A stretch of 44,793 bases of DNA, from positions 1 through 44,793 of the forward strand of contig JALVRC010000046.1 of the NCBI GenBank assembly GCA_027025255.1, read 5' to 3'. Positions 8,058 through 16,751 of this stretch are shown here, in pieces (position 1 is the stretch's first letter; each line of letters opens with the position of its first letter). The DNA comes from a candidate division WOR-3 bacterium. Its GTDB lineage: Bacteria; Hydrothermota; Tepidihabitantia; B3-TA06; JALVRC01. A program made the translations under genes and the position numbers. Under the pieces are notes generated by a model. That model was not told the DNA's origin. It ran no database searches and worked only from the letters and a program-made list of their open reading frames with translations.

Positions 8058-9272
8058 CTATTTATTTAATTTGTTTTTTATAACCCTTGCAAGTCTTTTT
8101 ATACCTTCTTCTATCATTTCAGGCGTTGCATTAGAAAAATTAAGCCTCATTGTATTCTTACCTGAGCCATCAGGGTAGAAAGAGCTCCCAGGCACAAAAG
8201 CGACCTTTTCTTTAACAGCCTCGTTAAAAAGCTCTTTTGTATCAATGTGCTCAGGCAGCTCAACCCACAAAAACAACCCACCTTCTGGCTTTGTCCATTT
8301 TACTCCAGAAGGGAAATAACGCTCAAGTGTATCAAGCATCACATCCCTACGCTCCTTATACATATATCTTATCTTCTTTATATGCGTTTTCAAAAGACCT
8401 CTACCACATATATCATAAGCAATATACTGAGAAAGCGTACTTGTATGCAAATCTGCTCCCTGCTTCACCTGAACCAGTTTTTGAATAACTACTTCAGGAG
8501 CAACAATCCAGCCTAATCTTAATCCAGGGGCAAGGGTTTTAGAGAATGTACTCATATAAAGAACATTCTCCTTATAAAGGGAGACTAACGGACTTAAATC
8601 TTTACCTTCATAACGCAACTGTCCGTAAGGATCATCTTCAACAATAAATACATTAAACCTTCTGGCAAGTTCTACTATTTTATGCCGTTTTACTTCTGAA
8701 ATGGTAACTCCAGCAGGATTATGGAAATTTGGCAGTATGTACATAAATTTAATGTCTGGAACTCTTAAAAGCGTTTCTTCCAATTTATCCGTATCAAGTC
8801 CGTCTTCAGATATTGGAACTGTTATGTACTCCGGAAGATAGGGATTCCAGGCTTGAAGAGCTCCCAGATATGTTGGGGCAGTTGTCAATACCTTATCTTG
8901 CTCTGTAATAAAGAGTTTCCCAACAATGTCAAGTGCTTGCTGTGAACCATTAACAGGCAAAATATTTTTAGGCTCTGCAGGAACACCGTACTTCTGCATG
9001 TTTTCAGCAAGAAACTCCTTAAGAGGTGGATATCCTTCAGTAGGACTGTATTGAAACATTTGTTTCCCCTTTCGAGGAATCAAATATCTACATGCTTCTT
9101 CAAGCTCTCTTAAAGGGAAAGATTCAGGAGCAGGTAATCCCCCTGCAAGAGAGATTATATCAGGCTCCATCGTAACCTTTAAAATTTCTCTAATAGCTGA
9201 AGGCCTAATATTCTTTGCTCTTTTAGCATATTTCTTTTCCCAATCAGGCATATAAGTCATCATTACCTCCAT
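8058..9272 (-). CDS. PLP-dependent class I/II aminotransferase (2-aminoadipate/LysN-like subgroup)
   Basis: GGLPAPESFP, NPAGVT and SKTLAPGLRLGWIVAP (PLP lysine region). The true start is more likely ATG 9263 or 9260, because the GGAGG at 9266-9270 lies inside the first codons of the track ORF. Confidence 0.8.
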   Translation of the reverse strand: MEVMMTYMPDWEKKYAKRAKNIRPSAIREILKVTMEPDIISLAGGLPAPESFPLRELEEACRYLIPRKGKQMFQYSPTEGYPPLKEFLAENMQKYGVPAEPKNILPVNGSQQALDIVGKLFITEQDKVLTTAPTYLGALQAWNPYLPEYITVPISEDGLDTDKLEETLLRVPDIKFMYILPNFHNPAGVTISEVKRHKIVELARRFNVFIVEDDPYGQLRYEGKDLSPLVSLYKENVLYMSTFSKTLAPGLRLGWIVAPEVVIQKLVQVKQGADLHTSTLSQYIAYDICGRGLLKTHIKKIRYMYKERRDVMLDTLERYFPSGVKWTKPEGGLFLWVELPEHIDTKELFNEAVKEKVAFVPGSSFYPDGSGKNTMRLNFSNATPEMIEEGIKRLARVIKNKLNK

Positions 9273-9305
9273 TTATTCTTGTATACAACATTACACATAA
9301 CTTTA

Positions 9306-9333
9306 ATTATACGTAAAATAACAACAAAGTCAA
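9306..9333 (-). promoter_or_regulatory. sigma70-type promoter TTGACT-N16-TATAAT
   Basis: Minus strand: TTGACT = 9333-9328, TATAAT = 9311-9306. Confidence 0.5.
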
Positions 9334-9350
9334 TAGAAATAGATTTATTA

Positions 9351-10061
9351 TCATAAAAACTTCCTTCTATATCCTCTTTTTGAAGAAACAGAGAAAAAAT
9401 CCAAAACAGACGTGAAAAAAGGCATTTCATTCACCCAGGTTTCAACCTCTTTAAGCATTAAATCAATTCCCCTCTTATATAACTCGTAATAATGTTTAAT
9501 TCTATTAATCTGTTCTTTATTAAATCCGTGTCTTAATAACCCAAGAGTGTTCACCCCATAAATATAAAAAGGGCTACCTGTACCTGCAAGAAAAGGGGGC
9601 AAATCTTGAGACAAGTAGGACATAGCTCCGGTAAAAGCATAACTACCTACTCTTACAAATTGATGAGTCGCTGTCTTCCCTCCTATATACGCATAATTTC
9701 CTATTTGAGTCTCACCACCAAACATACTTCCACTAATTATAATCACTCCTTCTCCTATAAACATATTATGCGATATATGAACAAAACTCATAACCCTACT
9801 CCCCTTTCCCACCACGGTTTTATTCTCAATACCCGTAGCACGAGAAACTATAACATGGGATGAAAGAACTACATTATCCTCTATAACTATATAGGTCTCT
9901 TCTCCTTTATATCTGTAATCCTGAGGTATATGCCCAATCACACAATGAGAACCAATTTCTACATTATTACCAAATACCACAGGGCCTTTTATATAGCTAA
10001 AAACACCTATGCTTAAATTAATACCTTTCTTAACATTACCTTCAATAATATAATTATTCAT
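9351..10061 (-). CDS. lpxA: acyl-ACP--UDP-N-acetylglucosamine O-acyltransferase
   Basis: Left-handed beta-helix hexapeptide repeats plus a C-terminal helical domain (HQFVRVGSYAF...QDLPPF...GVNTLGLLRHGF). Located in the lpx cluster. Confidence 0.85.
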   Translation of the reverse strand: MNNYIIEGNVKKGINLSIGVFSYIKGPVVFGNNVEIGSHCVIGHIPQDYRYKGEETYIVIEDNVVLSSHVIVSRATGIENKTVVGKGSRVMSFVHISHNMFIGEGVIIISGSMFGGETQIGNYAYIGGKTATHQFVRVGSYAFTGAMSYLSQDLPPFLAGTGSPFYIYGVNTLGLLRHGFNKEQINRIKHYYELYKRGIDLMLKEVETWVNEMPFFTSVLDFFSVSSKRGYRRKFL

Positions 10062-10479
10062 TACCTCCTATCCCAACTAAGAGCTCTCCCTTACATACAA
10101 TATTATCATCAACTGTTGCCTGAACATTTAAAAAAATAATTGGGCCTCTCTCTCTAACAATCTCAGCTCTTAAGAGCAATCTATCTCCAGGTCTTACCTC
10201 TTTTTTAAATCTAAATTTGTCAATCCCTAAAAACAATGGAGTCCCTTTTATCCCTCCTTTTCTTTTAGCAATCAATATTCCGCCTAACTGTGCAAGTGCT
10301 TCTACCTGAATAACGCCTGGCATAATTGGATAATCCGGGAAATGCCCCATAAAAAATGGTTCATTAACAGTAACATTCTTTATCCCTTCAATTACATTAT
10401 TCTTAATACTTACAATCTTATCTACAAATAAAAAAGGATATCTATGTGGGATAAGCCCTTTTATTTCATCTATGTTCAT
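10054..10479 (-). CDS. fabZ: 3-hydroxyacyl-ACP dehydratase
   Basis: LIPHRYPFLFVDKI and GHFPDYPIMPGVIQVEALAQ. Confidence 0.9.
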   Translation of the reverse strand: MNIDEIKGLIPHRYPFLFVDKIVSIKNNVIEGIKNVTVNEPFFMGHFPDYPIMPGVIQVEALAQLGGILIAKRKGGIKGTPLFLGIDKFRFKKEVRPGDRLLLRAEIVRERGPIIFLNVQATVDDNIVCKGELLVGIGGNE

Positions 10480-11191
10480 AATAAAACCTCCTTAAAATTT
10501 TTGCAAATTTATGATTATGTCTGTGTCCGCTACCCATAAGAAAAACTACCCCCTTTAAAGTAAACGGTAACAAATACATATCTCCTAAGAAATCAAACAT
10601 TTTATGGAACACTATTTCTCTACTCATTCTTTGCGGAACAAAAATATAAAATTTGCCTCTTTTTTTTAATAACCCATTCTCTTCTTTCAAGGAGAATGTC
10701 CTTGCATTAGCTAAATCAAACATATTATTTTTAGTATAAGCAACTATAGGAAAGGCTGTGTTATAAAAAAAATACACAAGCCTTAAATTATGAGAAGGGA
10801 ACACAGCGATTCTTTCAGAGAAAACCGGGAACAAAGGAGTAAAAGAAGGCCTTTTTGTCTGTGTTTTAATCGGCTTCAAAGAAAGGAACCTTTTTCCGCT
10901 ACCATCAAACATTGGGATTTCATTACCTTTTTTAACCTCAACAATCAATCCCGAAATGTTATACATATACAAAACACCAAAAAGATGCTCAACCATAAGT
11001 AACCTGTGCTCATTTCTCTCAATGTATGTTGTATGTTTTCCCACTTTCATATCATTTAAAGTAGGAGAAAATTCAAATCCGTCATTAAACCTTATAAGAA
11101 ATTTATGATAAGGTTTCAATTCAATATGTGTATCCTCGTTAGTAAAATAACCATGACCTTTAATTGTTAAAGCACGCCTTATTGTGTTCAA
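10466..11191 (-). CDS. lpxC: UDP-3-O-acyl-GlcNAc deacetylase, compact form
   Basis: MVEHL (Glu/His), ARTF, FHKMFDFLGD (His-x3-Asp zinc ligands) and SGHRHN are all present. Only 241 aa. Confidence 0.75.
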   Translation of the reverse strand: MNTIRRALTIKGHGYFTNEDTHIELKPYHKFLIRFNDGFEFSPTLNDMKVGKHTTYIERNEHRLLMVEHLFGVLYMYNISGLIVEVKKGNEIPMFDGSGKRFLSLKPIKTQTKRPSFTPLFPVFSERIAVFPSHNLRLVYFFYNTAFPIVAYTKNNMFDLANARTFSLKEENGLLKKRGKFYIFVPQRMSREIVFHKMFDFLGDMYLLPFTLKGVVFLMGSGHRHNHKFAKILRRFYYEHR

Positions 11192-12048
11192 AGAAAAAGC
11201 CTTGCCCAGGCACGTAAGGTTTCTTTATGGGGTCTTGCAGGAATACCTGAATAAGTACGATTGGGGGGAACACTTCTAAATACAGCTGATTTCGCAAGTA
11301 TTATAGAGTTTTCTCCAATAGAAATATTATCCTTTATCCCTACCTGCCCTGCAATCACAACGTTATCACCGATAATTGAAGAACCTGCAATCCCAACCTG
11401 ACCAGTTATCACTACATTCTCTCCTATTACAACATTATGACCTATCTGAACAAGATTGTCTATCTTTGTTCCTTTACCAACAAAAGTAAAACCTGCAGTA
11501 GACCTATCTATACATACATTTGCCCCAATCTCAACATTATCGCTTACAAACACGTATCCTGACTGTGAATTCCTTACGTATTGATTATTCTCTTTAGAAT
11601 AAGAAAAGCCATAAAACCCTATTGTAGTATTAGGGCCAATAACAACATTCTTCCCAATAACCGTTCTGTCCATTATTACAGCGTTAGGATAAATCACAGT
11701 GCCTCTTCCTATCTTTACATCTTTACCTATATATACTCCGGGAAATGCGGTAAAACTCTTGTGCATACGCGGTTTTTCAAAATCAAATCTAAAAAGAGCA
11801 ACAACTCTTAACCAATCCTTATATGGTGAAGCAGAAATAATTATATCTCTCTTATCATAAGATACACTACTCTCAGGAACAATCAAAATATCCGATTCTG
11901 TTTCATTAATTCTCTTAAGATAATCTAAGCTGAAAAAAGTTACCTCCCCTTTTTTAGCTTGATAATACGGAGCAACCCCATTTACCCTTCTTTTACCTGT
12001 TCCTTTAATCCTTAAACCTAATAGTTTTGCTAATTCGCTACTATTCAC
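11188..12048 (-). CDS. lpxD: UDP-3-O-acylglucosamine N-acyltransferase
   Basis: N-terminal ELAKLLGLRIKG, then a long hexapeptide-repeat beta-helix (IGANVCI, IGHNVVIGENVVITGQVGIAGS). Confidence 0.85.
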   Translation of the reverse strand: MNSSELAKLLGLRIKGTGKRRVNGVAPYYQAKKGEVTFFSLDYLKRINETESDILIVPESSVSYDKRDIIISASPYKDWLRVVALFRFDFEKPRMHKSFTAFPGVYIGKDVKIGRGTVIYPNAVIMDRTVIGKNVVIGPNTTIGFYGFSYSKENNQYVRNSQSGYVFVSDNVEIGANVCIDRSTAGFTFVGKGTKIDNLVQIGHNVVIGENVVITGQVGIAGSSIIGDNVVIAGQVGIKDNISIGENSIILAKSAVFRSVPPNRTYSGIPARPHKETLRAWARLFL

Positions 12049-12979
12049 CCTTAATTATTGCCTTAAAGGCTCCCATCACAGACGCAAGTTTCTCTGATAA
12101 ATTCTCTCCTCTTTTCACAATTACTTTTTGCTCGGGATAAGATTTAAGTTTTAATGGCTCTGTAAGAGTAAGTATTATTGTCATATCATCTCCATTCTTT
12201 TCCACAACTGCCCTTAAGGAAAAATCTCCATCAAGCAAAGAAGCTACCTCATTAGCATTGGAATTATCAAGTTCTACATCCTTTGCATACCCCTTACTTT
12301 CAAGCATATTCTCTACATCTACTCCTTCAATAAGCTCAATATTCAAATCTTCCTTCATCCTTTGAAGTATGGTAACAAGAGAACTTTTAACCTCTGTTTC
12401 AGCATTTTCGTTGCGGGCCTGGGAACCACGCGGCACAACTCCCAGAAAAACAAGTTTTTTCTTCATTCCTGAAATAACAATAGGATTGAAAGCTTCATTT
12501 AAATCATCTATTACAATCTGAGTAATATCAATACCAGGAGCAGTATACACTACCCCTGCTTCTGCAATATCCAGAACTATAGCAATATTTTCTTCATTAG
12601 CAACCTCTTTTATTACCTTATTTATCTTCTCAATAATAGGCTTAAAAAGCTCCTGCCTTTTCTTCTCATATTTACCGTTATCACCCCATATATCCTTTGC
12701 AAAATTTTCATATCCTTTTTTAAGAGAAGAGAGCTCTTTTTGTTTGAGAACCTTTGCTTCATCTGTAAGCATCGCTTCTTGAGTTTCATATTCTCTTTTA
12801 CTCTCTTCATATAAGCGTTTCAATGAGTCAAGACTCACCTTCCATCTCATTACTTCAAGATCCAGTTTCTCCTGTGCCTCTATTGCTTCTTTATATGTTT
12901 TAAAAATCTTTCTTGAATCAACTATAGCTATTTTTGATGATTGAACATCACTTGCTGTTAAAAGAAAAAATAGAATCAT
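12041..12979 (-). CDS. OmpH/Skp-like periplasmic chaperone with a C-terminal extension of about 150 aa
   Basis: N-terminal half KIAIVDSRKIFKTYKEAIEAQEKLDLE... is coiled-coil and typical of OmpH. It sits upstream of lpxD, as in classical skp-lpxD clusters. The C-terminal half is an unrelated alpha/beta-looking domain. Confidence 0.6.
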   Translation of the reverse strand: MILFFLLTASDVQSSKIAIVDSRKIFKTYKEAIEAQEKLDLEVMRWKVSLDSLKRLYEESKREYETQEAMLTDEAKVLKQKELSSLKKGYENFAKDIWGDNGKYEKKRQELFKPIIEKINKVIKEVANEENIAIVLDIAEAGVVYTAPGIDITQIVIDDLNEAFNPIVISGMKKKLVFLGVVPRGSQARNENAETEVKSSLVTILQRMKEDLNIELIEGVDVENMLESKGYAKDVELDNSNANEVASLLDGDFSLRAVVEKNGDDMTIILTLTEPLKLKSYPEQKVIVKRGENLSEKLASVMGAFKAIIKGE

Positions 12980-12985
12980 GGTATA

Positions 12986-13013
12986 AATATATATATAAAA
13001 AAGAAAAAGTCAA
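12986..13013 (-). promoter_or_regulatory. sigma70-type promoter TTGACT-N16-TATATT, 6 nt before ATG 12979 (leaderless geometry)
   Basis: Minus strand: TTGACT 13013-13008, TATATT 12991-12986. No SD before the ATG. Confidence 0.45.
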
Positions 13014-13019
13014 CAATAA

Positions 13020-13065
13020 AAAAGGTATGAAAAACTGACAAGGGTATACCCTATACCCTTGTTAG
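13020..13065 (-). terminator. intrinsic terminator after argF
   Basis: Stem 13038-13048 / 13052-13062 (ACAAGGGTATA/TATACCCTTGT, loop CCC), extendable to 13035/13065. On the minus strand it is followed by TTTTTCATACCTTTTTT. The stop codon lies in the stem. Confidence 0.65.
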
Positions 13066-13967
13066 CCTAAATAATGCATTATTGCCTTCTGTATGTGCAA
13101 TCTATTTTCAGCTTCATCCAGAACAACAGAATAAGAGGCATCCAATATATCAGATGTTATTTCTTCCCCTCTGTGCGCAGGTAAGCAATGCATTACTATT
13201 ACATCTTTATCACTGGCCTCTACAAGCTTCCTGTTAACCTGAAACTTACTGAATACCTTCTTCCTCTTCTCAGCTTCAGCTTCCTGCCCCATAGAAGCCC
13301 AAACATCTGTATAGATAACATCAGTTCCTTTTACTGCTTCAAATGGGTCATTAAAAAGTTCTATCTTTGCACCAGTATTTTTTGCTATGTTTTGTGCTTC
13401 CATTAAAAATTTACCATTTATTTCATACCCAGCCGGAGAAGCAATCCTGAAATTAGCTCCCAGAATAGCAGCTGTAAGTAAGAGAGAATTTGCCACATTA
13501 TTACCGTCTCCAATAAAAGTTAAAGTAATCCCTTCCACTCTACCTAATTTCTCCTCAATAGTTAGAAAATCTCCGTATGCCTGACAGGGATGTTCAAGAT
13601 CTGAAAGAGCATTAATTACAGGAATTGATGCATTTTCCGCAAGTTCCATAACTGTTGAGTGAGCAAATGTTCTTGCTGCAACAAAATCAACCCATCGTGA
13701 AAGATTCCTGCCAACATCAGCAACACTCTCCCTTTTCCCAAGCTGAATATCAGCGGGTGCAAGATAAACCACACTCCCTCCCGACTGAAACATAGCAACA
13801 GAAAAGGTAACCCTTGTTCTTAATGATGGTTTCTCAAACACAAGAGCCAGTGTTTTTCCTCTCATAACCTCATTATAACCCTCTTTTTTCAGCCTTTTTG
13901 CCAATGAAAATAATTCTATGAGTTCATCTTTTGTAAAATCTTTACTTGAAATAAGATCCTTTTTCAT
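13062..13967 (-). CDS. argF: ornithine carbamoyltransferase
   Basis: FEKPSLRTRVTF, HPCQ, DVWASMG, HCLPAHRGEE. Confidence 0.9.
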   Translation of the reverse strand: MKKDLISSKDFTKDELIELFSLAKRLKKEGYNEVMRGKTLALVFEKPSLRTRVTFSVAMFQSGGSVVYLAPADIQLGKRESVADVGRNLSRWVDFVAARTFAHSTVMELAENASIPVINALSDLEHPCQAYGDFLTIEEKLGRVEGITLTFIGDGNNVANSLLLTAAILGANFRIASPAGYEINGKFLMEAQNIAKNTGAKIELFNDPFEAVKGTDVIYTDVWASMGQEAEAEKRKKVFSKFQVNRKLVEASDKDVIVMHCLPAHRGEEITSDILDASYSVVLDEAENRLHIQKAIMHYLG

Positions 13968-13975
13968 GCCTCCTC

Positions 13976-15298
13976 CTATATTTCCTCTTTATGTTCTAAA
14001 AACTTTACACCTACATTCTCCAATTCATCCATTACAGGATTATATATATCCTCAACAACAGGAATCCATACACCTCTCCTTGTAATTTTGCCCTCATGAA
14101 TAAGTCTTACTGCAATTGCAGCAGGAAGAGCAACTGTTAAAGCTACAGCTGAATCCTTTTTTGAATTTACATATCCGTAGTAAAGCATTAAAGAAGTAAT
14201 CCTCTCCTTTTTACTATTGTAAGAAGCTACAAATTCATGTTTCATAACTATCATATCTCTTTCTTCAGGTTTGTATGAAAGCTTTTCAAGAAGGAGATTA
14301 ACAAAAGCATCTAAGGCATTATCTATCGTATTCGGGATAGGTTTATTTGAAAAAAGCCCGAGCCAGTCTAACTTCTCTATTGCTGGATCATCATTGGAAA
14401 GTGATAAAAATGCCGCGACATCTTCTCTTTTCCCGTTTGTTTTAGTTACCATAGCTATTAAATCAGCATAAACCTTTCCCTTTAAATCTAACTTATTCTC
14501 ATTGAGTATATTTAACTTCTTTATATTATGCCATAAATGACACCAGCCCGAGTAACGCAGGGTCCCTCTAAATATACCTGACACATCAGGAATCCCGTAA
14601 AGCTCCTTATAAGGGATGGAATCTCTATTGGGGTAAACTTCAAGTTTGTTAATTCCATCCTTTAGTATTTCAATCTCCCTTGGATAAGCAAATAGCTCTT
14701 CAGTTGGGATATATATTTCTTCCCCATTCTTAAGATATCTCCCATCATTTTTTGCTGCAAGTACAACCCCCTTAGGACTCCATGAAAATTTATATTTAAA
14801 CGGATTGTCTGCTGCTTCTGGTGCGGGCAAAGCTCCTGTAAAGGAATGAAAAACCTCAACTTTACCCCCTTTATTTTGAATACTATGTATTATTCTCATT
14901 GCTGACATGTGATCTATCCCGGGATCCACACCTATTTCATTAAGGATAAGAACATCTTTATCCTTAGCCTTTTTATCTAAAGCCTTCATCTCTGGTTTAA
15001 CATAAGACGTTGTTACCATGTGCTTCTTATGTTTAATAGCAATTTCTGCTACCATTACATGGTAAGCATAGGGGAGAAGACTAACCACAATATCATGTTC
15101 CTCTATCATTTTATCAAGTCTATCCGTCTCATCAACTAACCAGGAAACAGCCTTCCCGTTTTGATGCCCTTCAAGCATACTCTCCGCTTTACTAACAGTT
15201 CTTGAGGCAACAGTTAACATAAAATCATGCTTTAAAAGATAACGTACAAGTGGCCTTGCCACCATACCTGCACCAAGAACCAGAATTCTACCTTTCAT
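13976..15298 (-). CDS. saccharopine dehydrogenase (Lys9 / AASS-SDH-domain-like)
   Basis: Rossmann motif ILVLGAGMVARP, plus FKYKFSWSPKGVVLA and a C-terminal domain typical of the family. Confidence 0.8.
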   Translation of the reverse strand: MKGRILVLGAGMVARPLVRYLLKHDFMLTVASRTVSKAESMLEGHQNGKAVSWLVDETDRLDKMIEEHDIVVSLLPYAYHVMVAEIAIKHKKHMVTTSYVKPEMKALDKKAKDKDVLILNEIGVDPGIDHMSAMRIIHSIQNKGGKVEVFHSFTGALPAPEAADNPFKYKFSWSPKGVVLAAKNDGRYLKNGEEIYIPTEELFAYPREIEILKDGINKLEVYPNRDSIPYKELYGIPDVSGIFRGTLRYSGWCHLWHNIKKLNILNENKLDLKGKVYADLIAMVTKTNGKREDVAAFLSLSNDDPAIEKLDWLGLFSNKPIPNTIDNALDAFVNLLLEKLSYKPEERDMIVMKHEFVASYNSKKERITSLMLYYGYVNSKKDSAVALTVALPAAIAVRLIHEGKITRRGVWIPVVEDIYNPVMDELENVGVKFLEHKEEI

Positions 15299-15307
15299 TA
15301 TACCTCC

Positions 15308-16585
15308 TTATAAAAAGTGGATTAAGTATTTATATTGCGGTGTTAACTTTCCTTTATAAAGTATAACTCCAGCTTTCAAGTATTCTGGCAAACCATAGTC
15401 TAAAAAAGAGTCAACTTCTTCTGTTTCTACAATATACCTTACAAAATCTTTAAGTATACTACTAAAAAAACGAGAGCTATCCTTTGGTAATTCTGCTGGC
15501 AAATTATCTATAGCAGTTATTGTAATTCCTCTCTCCTGTATACCTTTTTTAAAAATATCTGTATCAGGATAGTATGTATATGAAGGCTCATCCGGCTCTG
15601 TTGCCCATTCAGTAATTTCCACAGCTCCTCTAATATCACAGCTAATATCACCGATAACCTTTAAGGGTAATTGACCTTTAGCATCATAATATCCTCTTAA
15701 ATATCCTCTTTCTATTAATCGTGGATATCTTTGATCCCAATATATAGCATTAACAAGTACATCAAGATATGGAAGATATCTTGAAAAAATGGAATGATAT
15801 TTATGAGGATGTTCATAATAGTGAGAAAGCTCGAATTCTCCCCTATCAATACGTTCTACCATATCTTCCTCTTTAAAAACTACATAAAAAAGGTCCTTTT
15901 TATCCTTATATACATTCAAATCCTTAATTTCTATCTCATGAACTTTAAATTTCTTTAAGACCTCCTGTGCCCCTTTTGATACATTACCATATCCGGTAAT
16001 ACCAATTATACCATGAATTAATTGTTTCTCAAAAAGGCCTCTCAAACGCACAAGCTCATTAAGCATCTCCTGTAAATCAGTATACATATAAGGCTGTTTT
16101 ATTTCCTGAGAGATTGTTGTTTTAATACCTTGTTTTTCAATCTTTTTAAAAAATGCAACCAATGTTTCCATCATGCCTGCGTAGCCTGCATAGTTACCGA
16201 AATATATTAATCTCCTGTTATTCTCATCAACTATTCTCTCATAATCAATTAAAGTGTTCTTCTTTTCCATCATCCTTTTAAGCATAGGCATATTATAGGA
16301 TTGACCTTTAATTGTATGAGAAAAAAATACATATGTTTTATTTTCCTCAAAAAAATCCACTGGCATTTCTTTTATACCAAAAATTACATCAGCATCAAGC
16401 TTTTCCTTTACTAAAGCCCCGACTTTCTCATACTCTTTATCCTGAAAAGCACGAATCTTCGAAGGTTGTATTTCTGTTTTTATATTAAATTCATCTAAAA
16501 GGAACTTTACATCCTCAGGAACAATAGGAACGCGTCTTTCCCATTGATTTTTATCTTCTCTTCTAATACCAATAATTTTTTTCAA
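15308..16585 (-). CDS. lysine-ketoglutarate reductase-like (LOR/SDH, AlaDH/PNT fold) protein
   Basis: N-terminus IGIRREDKNQWERRVPIVPEDV resembles the LKR domain of AASS. TTG start preceded by AAAGGAGG. Confidence 0.7.
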   Translation of the reverse strand: MKKIIGIRREDKNQWERRVPIVPEDVKFLLDEFNIKTEIQPSKIRAFQDKEYEKVGALVKEKLDADVIFGIKEMPVDFFEENKTYVFFSHTIKGQSYNMPMLKRMMEKKNTLIDYERIVDENNRRLIYFGNYAGYAGMMETLVAFFKKIEKQGIKTTISQEIKQPYMYTDLQEMLNELVRLRGLFEKQLIHGIIGITGYGNVSKGAQEVLKKFKVHEIEIKDLNVYKDKKDLFYVVFKEEDMVERIDRGEFELSHYYEHPHKYHSIFSRYLPYLDVLVNAIYWDQRYPRLIERGYLRGYYDAKGQLPLKVIGDISCDIRGAVEITEWATEPDEPSYTYYPDTDIFKKGIQERGITITAIDNLPAELPKDSSRFFSSILKDFVRYIVETEEVDSFLDYGLPEYLKAGVILYKGKLTPQYKYLIHFL

Positions 16586-16619
16586 TAAACCTCCTTTTAA
16601 TTAAAACGCACTGTCATCA

Positions 16620-16647
16620 ATTATATATATTAAAAAAGATTAGTCAA
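16620..16647 (-). promoter_or_regulatory. sigma70-type promoter TTGACT-N16-TATAAT for the LKR-SDH-argF unit
   Basis: Minus strand: TTGACT 16647-16642, TATAAT 16625-16620. A leader of about 30 nt with an SD follows. Confidence 0.5.
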
Positions 16648-16751
16648 GCAACTTAACTTTTATAAAAGTAAAAAACATCACCTGCAAGTAGTAAATATTT
16701 ATTCTTTATTTATTTCTTATTTAACTATTATAAAAGAAAATTACAGTTTTA

